Shown here in pieces: positions 9,113 to 19,600 of a stretch of 64,000 nt of DNA (within the stretch, counting starts at the first letter, position 1; every line of letters begins with the position of its first letter). The DNA comes from Acidobacteriota bacterium (GTDB taxonomy: Bacteria; Acidobacteriota; UBA6911; RPQK01; JAJDTT01): NCBI GenBank assembly GCA_965217775.1, contig CBDCJH010000002.1, positions 544,001-608,000 on the forward strand, written 5' to 3'. The notes beneath the pieces were generated by a model that was not told the DNA's origin, searched no databases, and worked only from the letters and a program-made list of their open reading frames with translations. Position numbers and translations under genes: made by a program.

Positions 9113-12100
9113 CTAGCGAACGATCACCGGCCCGTCTTTCACTGCTTCGACCAGTTTCTCCTCCTGCTCCTGCAACCAATCCCTCACCGCCATCTCGTCG
9201 GCCAGGGTTCCCCGGCGAACCTCCACCGTCGTCGTGCGAAGTTCCGGTTCAATCTCCTGCAGCCGCTTGGCGGCCTCCTCCATTGCCCGGGTGATCCGTG
9301 CAGTCACGGCGTCGACCTCGGCGCGCCAAGCGTCGAGCGGGCGGGCATCGAGAGTCCTTCTCAAATCGTCGTCCGTCGCCACGGCGGGAGCCGCCGGCGC
9401 TTCGAGGCCGGTTCGACGGCGGATCTCCTGTTGATCACGGGCGTCCAACGCCGACCAACTGGCGTCGCTGACCAGCGTGGCTCCAGCGGTTTCGATCTTC
9501 GTGGTCAGCTTCAAGTGCATCGCACTCAGGGCTTCGCGCAACGCGCCGGCGAGGGTCGCAACGAGGGGCCGGACCGGGTCGGTCCCGTCCAGGAGCGACC
9601 TTTGGCCATGGATGGCGTCAAGCTCCGGTCCGATTTCCGCGGCCACCGGAAGTCCGTCGGCGTGGCGGCGAAGTGCGGTCGCGAGGTCCCAGGTTGGATT
9701 GCGGCGGCGAGCCCTTCTTTCCAACTCAGTCCAGACCTCGATCTGTCGCGTCAGATGATCCTTGTTGGTGTGAATGGCGGCGAGTTGCTCACTGCCGGCC
9801 AAAAGCTTCAGGTCATCGACGAATGTGGTGTCCGGTACGGCTGGAAGCGGCGCCGGTCCGCCTGCGCGCCTTCCGAGATCGGCCAGGGCGTCGAGGAACT
9901 CGGGCGCCCGGATTTCCTCTTCGCCGGCTCTTGTCGTCATGTCGAGCGTGGCGAACAGACCACGTAGGGCGATCCGCTGGACTGCCGTCAGACGAACCTT
10001 CTCCGGGCGGAACTCCGCCCCCTTGATCCCAGTCTGGTCGAGGCCCCCCGTGGGCACGGGTTGCCCGTTTCGGGTGGCTCGCAGATGTCCGTCACGATGG
10101 AGCGCGATCAGGATCGCGTCGAGAGCGTCCTGCGGCCACCCATACGGAGCCGCTTTGAGCTTTTTGTGGACCGCCGTGCCGCGCGCGCCCGTGCCGATGA
10201 CGGTGAGCACTTCCTTGGCCACAGGGTGGGCATCGGTGGCGCCGTCCCAACCGACCACCTTGAGGGGCTGGTCCGAACCGTCCCTGGCGCGGCGCAGGGC
10301 GGCTTCCCATGCCTTGTGGTCGCCGTCGCCGAACCGGTGAAAGAGGCGCGCCAGGGACGCCTTGGCGCCGGTAGTCAGCTTCTCCGCGAGGTCCGTCCCG
10401 AAGACCTCGCTGCCACCCCCTTGAAGAACCGTCGCGGAGCGGATGATCTCGCCGATAATGTCGTTCCGCTCCTGCTCGGCAAGCAATTGCCGACTCTGCA
10501 TGCTGTCACGCGCTTCCTGGCCCTCGGGTGACGTCGGTGTCCCGTAATGGTCGAGGACTTGGCGGGCAGCCTCGACGTCGATGATCCGATCCTTCAGCAG
10601 ATCCGCGCTCTTCTTGGGCAAGTGGACATGAAGGATCGGGTCTTCGGCCCCCAGCCTCCGAGCTTCGCTTTCCGTGTCCCGTGGCCTCGACGACCAGCCG
10701 TCGCGCAGCCAGACCGTGACCGCGTCGCCTGCCGGAGCGGGAGGGTTGCTGCCGGCGTGCAGCGCGAGTGTTCGCCGGAGTTTGGGTTTCCCGTGGATGA
10801 GTCTGATGCCGTTCAGAATCTCCTGGACCGCCGCGCCGAAAAGCTGGTCGCGTCGCGAGGCGATTTCGACCTCGCTCTGGCGTAGCGCGGCCTGCCGCGC
10901 CCGAAACTCGCCGTCCCACTCGGCGCCCTCGGTGGTCTGAAGGCGGAACTCGTCACCCACGCGCATCACCACCGCCTCGCGCGCCAAGGCGTCCAGCGTA
11001 TCGGCCACCCTCTTGCGGAATGGACCGGAGTCGGCGGTCACGTCGGCAACCAGCAGGTCGGCCAGCGTGACGGCGTTGGCCCGCACACCGGCGTCCACGA
11101 GCGCCTCACGCGGAAGCTTGCCGATCAGGAATATGAGCCCGCACAGATCGCACCGGAGCCGGCCTTCCTCCGTGCCTTTGTCGAGTTTCCGAATCCGGGT
11201 GTTGATCTCGTTCAGGAGCACGCCGGTGTTGACCAGACTCGGCGCCAGCGCATCGAAGAGATCGCTTGCCGGGATGGTTCCGCCGAGGGGCCGTTCGGCG
11301 ACTTCGTGGAGCGAGTCATGAAGGATACGGAGTTGCGAGCGGAGTTGGCTCTGGCTCCCGGCCGTGTCGACCGCCTGGAAGCAGGCCTCCCAGAAGCGGC
11401 GCCTGGAACAGAGCAGCGGGTAATCGAGCGTGCGATCCTGGCGGTCTTCGGTTCGTGACCCGAGACGGGTACCCTGGAGATGGCGCGCCACCTCGCCGGA
11501 GTGCGCCTCGAACATCCGTTCCACGTCCTGGACGGCGCTCGGCTTCTTGTGCAGCAGCACTTTGCGGGTCACCGCCGTGACGTCCGAGTCGCTCAACTCC
11601 ACCGCGATCCGGAAACGGTCGCGCAACCACATCAGGGCGTGCGTGTCGGTGGAAAGGGCCGACTGGCCGGCCCCGACCAGCATGACGCGACTGTCGAACT
11701 CAGTCTGGACCGCCTCGGCGACCTCGGTGATGGCGGCCGAGCGGTCCTGCACCTCGTTGATGTACTGCTGGACCTCGTCCAGAACCAGCACCGTCAAGGG
11801 AAGCGTTCCATCATCGGCAAGGGCCATTTTGGCCGAGTCGATGAACTGCTCGGTGCTGATGTCGGTGGTGAGCTGGGAGAACTGGGTAATCAGCACTTGG
11901 CGAGCGGACTTTTCGTCGACCGCGAAGCCCGGGTCGGCCTCGATCAACGCGCCGGCGATCACCGGGCTGACGTAAAGGTTGTTCAACTCGCTGAGCCACG
12001 TCTTGCCCGCCGCTTCGACTGCGCCGCGGACGGTGTCCAGGAGATCCTGTTCCCGTAGCCAGAAGCAGAACCGGGCCTGGGGGTACTGTGCGGGCCAGCC

Positions 12101-12583
12101 GCGGGCGCGCAACAGTATCGAGAGCACCGTGCTCCTCACGTGGTCGATACTGCCTCCCAAGAGGGTGCCGGCCGCGGCCACCGGAGCCTTGCCGGTGCGG
12201 CGTGCCTGGATGTCGAGTTCGCGAAGCTGTGCCTGGATCTCGTCCGGAAGTCCTCGGCGCACCAGGGCGCGGGCTCGGGCGCCGTCGGGAAACCGTGTGT
12301 TCACCCACAAATGGGTCAGCATCTTGAGCAGGTGGGACTTGCCGCTACCGAAGAAGCCACTGACCCAGGCCGAGTTCTGGCGGGGATGACCGAGGTTGGC
12401 CAGGTAACTGTCCAGTATCCGCTGGAGAGCATCGCCAAATTGTCCGTCGCAGACAAAGGTTTCAAGTTCGGCGCGTAATTCGGCTATTTCCTGTTCGTCC
12501 GCCGTCTCCGTGATCCGCGCTTGGCCGTTGTTGGCGAGACGTGCCGTGCGGGGGTCGCGATCGAGTACCTCATGGATCTTCAC
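9113..12583 (-). CDS. brxC: BREX P-loop ATPase BrxC
   Basis: ELETFVCDGQF, WVSGFFGSGKSHLLK (Walker A), VLVLDEVQQY (Walker B), LRDRF, YPLL; 1156 aa. Confidence 0.9.
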   Translation of the reverse strand: MKIHEVLDRDPRTARLANNGQARITETADEQEIAELRAELETFVCDGQFGDALQRILDSYLANLGHPRQNSAWVSGFFGSGKSHLLKMLTHLWVNTRFPDGARARALVRRGLPDEIQAQLRELDIQARRTGKAPVAAAGTLLGGSIDHVRSTVLSILLRARGWPAQYPQARFCFWLREQDLLDTVRGAVEAAGKTWLSELNNLYVSPVIAGALIEADPGFAVDEKSARQVLITQFSQLTTDISTEQFIDSAKMALADDGTLPLTVLVLDEVQQYINEVQDRSAAITEVAEAVQTEFDSRVMLVGAGQSALSTDTHALMWLRDRFRIAVELSDSDVTAVTRKVLLHKKPSAVQDVERMFEAHSGEVARHLQGTRLGSRTEDRQDRTLDYPLLCSRRRFWEACFQAVDTAGSQSQLRSQLRILHDSLHEVAERPLGGTIPASDLFDALAPSLVNTGVLLNEINTRIRKLDKGTEEGRLRCDLCGLIFLIGKLPREALVDAGVRANAVTLADLLVADVTADSGPFRKRVADTLDALAREAVVMRVGDEFRLQTTEGAEWDGEFRARQAALRQSEVEIASRRDQLFGAAVQEILNGIRLIHGKPKLRRTLALHAGSNPPAPAGDAVTVWLRDGWSSRPRDTESEARRLGAEDPILHVHLPKKSADLLKDRIIDVEAARQVLDHYGTPTSPEGQEARDSMQSRQLLAEQERNDIIGEIIRSATVLQGGGSEVFGTDLAEKLTTGAKASLARLFHRFGDGDHKAWEAALRRARDGSDQPLKVVGWDGATDAHPVAKEVLTVIGTGARGTAVHKKLKAAPYGWPQDALDAILIALHRDGHLRATRNGQPVPTGGLDQTGIKGAEFRPEKVRLTAVQRIALRGLFATLDMTTRAGEEEIRAPEFLDALADLGRRAGGPAPLPAVPDTTFVDDLKLLAGSEQLAAIHTNKDHLTRQIEVWTELERRARRRNPTWDLATALRRHADGLPVAAEIGPELDAIHGQRSLLDGTDPVRPLVATLAGALREALSAMHLKLTTKIETAGATLVSDASWSALDARDQQEIRRRTGLEAPAAPAVATDDDLRRTLDARPLDAWRAEVDAVTARITRAMEEAAKRLQEIEPELRTTTVEVRRGTLADEMAVRDWLQEQEEKLVEAVKDGPVIVR

Positions 12584-13137
12584 GGGATCGGACCTCCGCC
12601 GTGGAGTGTGATGCCCTGCGCCAAATAGCTCCAGCCGTCACGCGCGTCGAGCAACCGGTAGTTGTTGTCGTTCTTGGTGCCGGGGAAGAAGACGACGAGG
12701 CGGCCCCGGATCGATTGCTCCACCGAGCGGATCAGATCGGAGACGCGCAGAAAGCCATAGAGTGAACCAACACCCAGGAGCGCCACCACGGTGTCGTCGT
12801 CAGCGTGCTCCAACTCCGCGGTGAGCTTGTGAACCGCCTCGCCGCGGAACTCCCCCTCGATTTTCATCCCCAAGAGTTCCGGGTTTTCGAACCAGGCCTC
12901 CCGGTACTCGTCCCGGGCCAGCCAGTCGGTGAACCAGCGGGTGCAATCGACCAGCGTCCAACGGTGTCCGTTTTGCTCGGTCGCCTGCTTGAACTCCCCG
13001 ATGCGCGCCCGTAGGGTGCGCTCCAACTCCTTCTCGTAGACTACCAGCATCACCCGTTGCGCGCCCGCCAGCGTTCGCTGCCAGGGCACGCTCACATGCC
13101 GCTTGTAGACCGCCGCCAGATTCTCGATCTTGCCCAT
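12580..13137 (-). CDS. brxB: BREX protein BrxB (DUF1788)
   Basis: MGKIENL...VVALLGVGSLYGFLRVS...GRLVVFFPG...NNYRLLDARDGWSYLA; start trimmed to ATG 13137; lies between brxA and brxC. Confidence 0.85.
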   Translation of the reverse strand: MGKIENLAAVYKRHVSVPWQRTLAGAQRVMLVVYEKELERTLRARIGEFKQATEQNGHRWTLVDCTRWFTDWLARDEYREAWFENPELLGMKIEGEFRGEAVHKLTAELEHADDDTVVALLGVGSLYGFLRVSDLIRSVEQSIRGRLVVFFPGTKNDNNYRLLDARDGWSYLAQGITLHGGGPIP

Positions 13138-13139
13138 TG

Positions 13140-13925
13140 TCAGACTCCCATGGCCGGGTCCAGCCACCGCGCGTCGATCTCTACCACGTCGCCTCCGGCT
13201 CGCACGTGGATCAGGCCGAGTTGCTTGGTTCGCAACGCCAGAGGCATCAGCGCCGTGCCGCGGGTATCGAGCACGCGGGTCCACCGGCTGTCGAGCAGGG
13301 CGCGGCCGGCGAGCCCCTCGATCATACCCAGCCAGAGCGCCATGGCCAGGGGGCCGGGCGTGGGGACCACTTGGCGGCGCGTCTTGCGCGACCAGCCCGC
13401 AAGGTGGCCGGACTGGGTCCAGGAACTGGCGCATTTTCGGGCCGCCTGGTCGAGCACGGCGTCGTTGAGACGGCGCCCCACAGACTGGCGAAGGGTGTCG
13501 CGGAAGCGCGTCCGGACGAGTTCGGCGCCCACTGGCAACGCGAGCACGAAAGGCGCCGTCGAACGCAGCAGCGGGTCGCGGGCCAGAGCACAGAGCATCG
13601 CTATCAGTGGCCGTCCAGGCGCGTCCACCGGCCAGAGTCGGAGCAGGACCCGAAAGATCGGCACGCGGGGGTCGAGCGAATACAACTCGCCCAGCCGCTG
13701 GTTCGTCAGGCGTCGCGTCGCTGCCGTCGCCTTGCCAAGTACGTTCTCGTCGATGATGTTCGCCGCGTAGTCCGCGCGTACACCGTCGGAAGGCACGGCC
13801 TCCAGAAGTTCGCGCAGATCAGCCAGCATAATGGTGCGGCTGGTATGGGCGCCCTTTGCTCCGTACCGTAACCCGGCCTTCGCCGGATCTTTCGGGGGTG
13901 TGGATCTGATTGGAAAACTCAGCAT
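13140..13925 (-). CDS. brxA: BREX protein BrxA-like
   Basis: GAHTSRTIML...NVLGKAT...RLGELYSLD...ALARDPLLR...ASSWTQSGHLAG; first gene of the operon. Confidence 0.75.
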   Translation of the reverse strand: MLSFPIRSTPPKDPAKAGLRYGAKGAHTSRTIMLADLRELLEAVPSDGVRADYAANIIDENVLGKATAATRRLTNQRLGELYSLDPRVPIFRVLLRLWPVDAPGRPLIAMLCALARDPLLRSTAPFVLALPVGAELVRTRFRDTLRQSVGRRLNDAVLDQAARKCASSWTQSGHLAGWSRKTRRQVVPTPGPLAMALWLGMIEGLAGRALLDSRWTRVLDTRGTALMPLALRTKQLGLIHVRAGGDVVEIDARWLDPAMGV

Positions 13926-14059
13926 GAAGAAAACAACCTGAGACTCGGCCGACGCGACCGCAATCGACCCATTTGCGCCAACCGTTGCATTTTCACCTTC
14001 CGGAGCCCAACGATTTCATATCGCGATCGATGGACCCGCACGGTGCAATTGCGAAAGAC

Positions 14060-14087
14060 ATTGTAATTGTATAGGAGTGGTCTTGAA
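14060..14087 (-). promoter_or_regulatory. Candidate sigma70 promoter of the BREX operon
   Basis: Minus strand TTCAAG-N16-TACAAT (tandem TACAAT TACAAT) in the AT-rich divergent intergenic region. Confidence 0.35.
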
Positions 14088-14176
14088 ATCAATCCTCTGT
14101 AGGCCTAGCTCGGCTTGGCGCAGATTCCATTTCTCCCGGGTCGCGGTCATACGTTGAGTGTTGATTGAGGGTGCCC

Positions 14177-15319
14177 ATGTCGAGACGGCTCACCATCTGG
14201 GGAGGCATCGGTGGCAACAATGGCGTGTTTCCCACCGAGGGAAACCGGGAGATGGTCAGCGACTTTCTGGATCAATGCGCGGCAGCCGGAGTGAGCCGTT
14301 TCATTCCCGGCTATACCCCAGGCCGCGAGATGTGCCTTCGTTTTGACCACGGCCGCGGAGGACATGATCCGGCAGACATCCTCGCCGTGGTGCCCGGCTT
14401 CTACTCCGTGCATGGCTGGGACCCCCTCTCGTTCCTGGTGGAGGAGTCCCATCGGAGAGGAATCGAGGTCCATCCCTACAACGCCGTCGGTTACACGGGA
14501 ATGACCGGTATCGACTACCAGAGCGGAACCCGGCTGCCCGAATGGCGCCTGACCCGGTTCGCCAACGATCACCCCGAGCTCTGGATGCGGCGCCAAGACG
14601 GAAAGACCTCCTTCGACGTTTCGGGATCGGTGGTCCTGAGCTACGGGACCCGCGAGACCCGCCTGTACGAGCAGCGCCCGTTTCTGGAAATGGCCCGGAA
14701 CTACGATGTGGACGGTGTCCAACTGGAATTCCAGATCGAGTCGGTTCCGGGGCAGGTGGACGACCATGGGGTGATGGTCTACGGCTACGAGCAGGCCGTC
14801 GTCCAGGACTACCGCCGGGAAACGGGCCGTGATCCCATGTCCATTTCCAACCGCGATCGGGACTGGACCCTGTTCCGGGCGAGCTACGTCACGCGCTTCG
14901 TGCGGGAGCTGAGGAGGCAGTTGGAGGGCCTGGACCGGAAAGTGTCCCTGACAGTCGCGGTGGCCTCCAATCCCGAGACGTCCTGGAAGCGTTTTCAGGA
15001 CTGGCCGGCGTGGGTCCGGGCGGGCCTGGTGGACGAGATCCATATCCGGCACCTCACCGGGAACCTGGCTCACATTTTCGAGGACACACGCGCAGCTGCC
15101 GTGGCCGTGGACGGCCGTGTCCCCCTGGTGGCCCAACTGGTCTGCTGGGGACCGCCCAAGCTGGTGACACCGGATCTGCTCCGTCAGGGCGCGGCCGCCG
15201 CCTTGGCCGCCGGGGCGGACGAGGTGGGGGTCTACCGGGCGGACAGCATCGAGCGTCTGAATCTGTGGAATGCGGTCCACGCCTTGGCCCGAGGCGGCAA
15301 CGGGGTCAAAATGGCGTGA
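14177..15319 (+). CDS. Glycoside hydrolase-like family 10 (GHL10/DUF187) protein
   Basis: WDPLSFLVEESHRRGIEVHPY, ARNYDVDGVQLEF, FQDWPAWVRAGLVD. Confidence 0.75.
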   Translation: MSRRLTIWGGIGGNNGVFPTEGNREMVSDFLDQCAAAGVSRFIPGYTPGREMCLRFDHGRGGHDPADILAVVPGFYSVHGWDPLSFLVEESHRRGIEVHPYNAVGYTGMTGIDYQSGTRLPEWRLTRFANDHPELWMRRQDGKTSFDVSGSVVLSYGTRETRLYEQRPFLEMARNYDVDGVQLEFQIESVPGQVDDHGVMVYGYEQAVVQDYRRETGRDPMSISNRDRDWTLFRASYVTRFVRELRRQLEGLDRKVSLTVAVASNPETSWKRFQDWPAWVRAGLVDEIHIRHLTGNLAHIFEDTRAAAVAVDGRVPLVAQLVCWGPPKLVTPDLLRQGAAAALAAGADEVGVYRADSIERLNLWNAVHALARGGNGVKMA

Positions 15320-16485
15320 TCCAAGCCCCCTCGAGCTTCCGGAAACTCCGCGAAGATCTGCCTCTGACTCGGCGACTTGCCTATTTCCAGACCGGCTCCT
15401 CCGGACCGACTCCCGATTCGGTGCTCAAGGTGGTCGCCGAGACGATGGCCTTCCAGAGCCGTCGCGGGTCGGCCTCGCCAAGGGTGACCGGCGTTCTGCT
15501 GGATCAGGAACAGCGGGTCCGATGCCAACTGGCCGAATTCCTGGGAGTCCGGCCGGAGCATCTGGCCTGGACCTCCAATACCAGCCAGGCCATGCAGCGG
15601 GTCCTGCGGAGTGTGGACTGGCGGCCTGGAGACGAGATTCTGGTCTCCTCGGCGGAGCATGTCAGCACGCAGGATGCCTGCCGGGCGCTGGAGCGGCACC
15701 AAAGGGTAGTGGTCCGGACCTTCCCCGGGGAAGAAGGAGACGACGCTCTCCTCAGTGGCCTGGAGGCGGCGCTGCGGGGCCGGGCGCGGTTGGTCTGTCT
15801 CAGCCAGGTCTCCACTCTCGATGGCCGGAAGCTGCCTGCCCGGGAAGCGGCAGGTCTAGCCCGTTCGCAGGGAGTTCCACTGATGCTGGACGGCGCCCAG
15901 GCAGTGGGGCAGTTTCCGGTGAAGATACCCGCCTTGGACTGCGATTACTACATAGCCTCGGGCCACAAGTGGCTGCTCGGTCCCCTGGGCGTCGGTTTTC
16001 TCTGGGTGTCCCCGGATCGGCTCGTCCAGTTTCGCCCCGACTTCATCCCCGATGCCAGCACCTGGTTGAAACCGGGAAATCCTCGTCCACCGGTCACGGC
16101 CGCCTTGCGCACCGAGCTGGGGACCCACAACTACGCCCTCCGAATCGGTCTGGGCCGAGCGCTGGAGATCATGTACGCACTAGGTCCCGACCGTATCGAG
16201 CGGTACGTCCAGGAACTGGTCCAGTTTCTTTTCCATGAACTGGAGGGCCGGCCCGGGACCCGGATCGCCACTCCTACCAAGCCGGGCCTCGCCTCGGGTC
16301 TCGTGGCTTTGGAGTTGGAGGATCTGACCAAGGCCGAATTGCGTAGACTCATCGAAGACCTGCTAGAGCAGGGGATCGTGGTCAAGTACCAGCCCGAGCG
16401 ACCGGCACTGCGGATATCCGTCGCCGCCTTCAACAGTCGGGAGGAGATCCATCGTCTCCTGGATGCTCTTGATACGTTGACCTGA
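15316..16485 (+). CDS. Class V PLP-dependent aminotransferase (cysteine desulfurase/epimerase-like)
   Basis: YFQTGSSGP, EH, LDGAQAVG, SGHKWLLGPLGVG (PLP Lys), RISVAAFN; GTG start overlaps the upstream stop. Confidence 0.85.
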   Translation: MIQAPSSFRKLREDLPLTRRLAYFQTGSSGPTPDSVLKVVAETMAFQSRRGSASPRVTGVLLDQEQRVRCQLAEFLGVRPEHLAWTSNTSQAMQRVLRSVDWRPGDEILVSSAEHVSTQDACRALERHQRVVVRTFPGEEGDDALLSGLEAALRGRARLVCLSQVSTLDGRKLPAREAAGLARSQGVPLMLDGAQAVGQFPVKIPALDCDYYIASGHKWLLGPLGVGFLWVSPDRLVQFRPDFIPDASTWLKPGNPRPPVTAALRTELGTHNYALRIGLGRALEIMYALGPDRIERYVQELVQFLFHELEGRPGTRIATPTKPGLASGLVALELEDLTKAELRRLIEDLLEQGIVVKYQPERPALRISVAAFNSREEIHRLLDALDTLT

Positions 16486-16684
16486 AGTCCAGCAGCCAGA
16501 GCAGGGACACTCGCTGGGTGTAACATTGTCGACGGTCGTTGACATCAGAACCGCATGTTACCCGCGGAGTGTCAGGACATCATGCCTCCCCGAGTAGCAA
16601 TTGATTCGCTATTTTCCTCATAAGCTCATGGAGCACCTCGAGTGAGCCCGTCCGATAACCAGTGGCTTAGGAATTCGCTAAATC

Positions 16685-19600
16685 ATGAGTAAGCCATCGT
16701 GGCATTCACCGGTACCGGAGGCACCCGCCATGGGGGAAAGGCGGGCCCGGTGGGGATTCGGATACCAGGACAAGGTCGCCACAGAGCGAATCCTTAAGTT
16801 CCTGCGAACCGATCTGCGTGATGGCACCAAAGCGTTCGAGGGTGTCCGCTTGGCGGATCTTGAAGCTGGTCGGGTCGATGACTTTGTTCTCGTTTGGAAA
16901 GAATCGGTTGAGGGTAATTCAATCAAATGGTCGGCTCGTGCGACGGGGTTTACCTGGGGCGAACTTGTCGGTGCATCAGGGCTTCTTCGAGATCTCGCCG
17001 ACGGGTGGAACCGCCTCCGAAGCCACTGGACCGGGCGCACTGTCACTGTGCGAATTCATACCAACCGACCGACTTCGCCAGCAAAACATCATGCTCAAAT
17101 AATCCCGTCCTTCAGCCTCGCGGAATTTGCAGAGACGCACTGGGCATCAGGTCCTGATGCGGCCAATACCATCGAAGCGAGTGAAGCATGGAGGAAAATT
17201 GCCGAACATGTGAGTCTGTCGGGATCTGAGCTATCGGATTTCGTGGCTCATTGCGAACTGGCGTTCGGACAGGCTGAGCCTCCGAGCGCCGGATCTGACT
17301 CCCTTGACTCGAGACATTATCGTAAACAGTTCGACAGCCTTCACAAGGCTATTGCCACGTGGCTCACGAACAATCCTGACCGTGATTTCATCGAACGGGA
17401 CTACCTCCTTGCGGCGATCGGACTGCGATCGAGCCGTTCCGGCTTGATTCAGCGCTTCCCAGAACCCGATATACCATACGAGAAAAACCACGCGACGGCG
17501 GATCGCTTGAAGGCACTGATTGATGCGATCCCGGGAGGGTACCTCGCGGTTGTGGGCCCAGCCGGCGTGGGAAAATCGACGCTCGTTCAGGATGTTCTTA
17601 CCGACTCCGCATATCCCTTCTTCGTCCCATACTACGCGTTCTTACCCAGTACGGACGGGAACCGCGACAGGGCCGAGGCATTAACGTTCTTCCAAAACGT
17701 CGTTGCACGTCTCGACCAATTTAATTCGGAGCGTCTCAGCCTCGACGTTGTTGATCTCGTCCAAGGCCGAGACGCGCTCCGGTGCCACATGTCGAGTGCA
17801 AATCAACGCTACGTCCTGCACGGCCACAAAACCATATTGCTGCTCGATGGCTTGGACCACGTAATGCGGGAAGTTAACCTTCAGCAGCCAGTACTGGATG
17901 AGCTACCACGCCCAAGTGAAATCCCTGAAGGATTTCAGATCATCCTGAGCGGTCAGCCGCAAGCATTCCTTCCAGACGTGATTCCAGCAGCGGTTGCAGC
18001 AAAAGTCGCACGAGACCGTAGGCGGATCGAGGTTTCCGGTTTGAGTCGCTTTGAGGTGCACGCGCTTGTCTCAAGGTTCGGAAAGGAGACGACAGGCGAA
18101 GAGCGAGATGTCCTGCACCACGCCTCCCGTGGTAACCCTCTGATACTGACGTACCTACTGTCGCTGTTCGAACGTACAGATGACAAAAGCGTGACAAGAG
18201 CGATTAAGCTTGCCGGCAATTACGCGGGCGACATCGACGACTACTATCAGGAGCGGCTGTCAGTACCTCTTCAAGACGGCCAGACGAGGAGACTACTCGG
18301 ACTGTTGTGTAGGGCGGCGCCAACTCTCCCCATAGCATGGCTCAACGAGTGGCCCGAGAAGGAAGCGATCGAGGACGTCTATCATCGAGTACTAGCGCCT
18401 TTCGTTCGGGTTGATGACGGTCTGGTGACATTCATTCATGACAGCCTGATCGTCTTTCTCAAGTCGGAGACCCGTTCGCGGCTTCCCGGAAGCGATCCCG
18501 GTGCGGATGAACGGAAATTCCATTCAATCCTTGCGGATCGATCAATTGGACGTTCTTGCCTCGACTCCGTAGGACGTGCCCGGGTTGTTCACCTCGTGCG
18601 AGCCGAAAGGCACGCTGATGTGCTTGCGCAGCTGTCTTCTAATTGGCTGCGGTCAGCAATGTCCGGATTTCTGCCTTACGCTCAATTCCATCCGATTTTG
18701 TTGGTCGGTCACGCCGCAGCTTCTGCCATGGGTGATTGGGGCCACACTCTCCGACTGTTTCTTCTAAACCATGAGCTTGGCCAAAGAACGTCCCGGGTTG
18801 ACGCAGCTAAACTTGCTGTTGCCCTTTTGAATCTCGAAGATCCCCTGCTGGCGCTACCGCAGATCCGCTCCGAAGGTCGACTGCTGGTCGATAACCGCGT
18901 TGCCCTCAGATTCGCTGGTACCTTGTGGCGTTACGCACAAGCGCAGAATCGCTCAGATCTGAAGGCTGCAGCCCGAACCCTCTATCTTCAAGCGAAGCCG
19001 ATTTCACTGATTTACGCAGGTGAGCCGATCGAGACGTTCAGTCACAACGAGCAATTTCAGGACATCAGAGCTTGGAGTAACGTAACCGCCTTGTTCGAGC
19101 GGCCCAGCGTCGTGATCCAAGAGATCCAAAGACTTGTCTTCACTTCAGGTCACGACGGTTACCAACAACCCAATCCAGTGTCGGTGACAGCAAGTCTCTT
19201 ATTCAATGGATTAAAGGCTGCGGTCGATGCTGGCTTTGATTCAAGGGAATGTCAGCACTTCGTCGATGCTATCCAAGCTTTAGGTTCTGAGACTTGGCGC
19301 TTTGTCGCGCTGTTTAAGCTAGCTGAATCGAGGCCGTTGGACGTGCCTATGGACTCACTGCGAGCGGCGTATGAGGTGTCCGAGACAAACAATGATATCG
19401 ATCTTGCGTATGCTTGGTTCCTGAACAGTCACGGCGAATATGCGGAAGCAACCGAGATCATCCGCCGCCTGCGCCACATCCGTTTCGAGCCGCATCGAGA
19501 AAGGCACAGTTGGGGTTTCTCGGATTTGACATACACCATTCGGTTGCGATGGTTGCAAGAACTCTTGGGCGTCCCTGAGGGAGCGGTCCCCGATGCCGCC

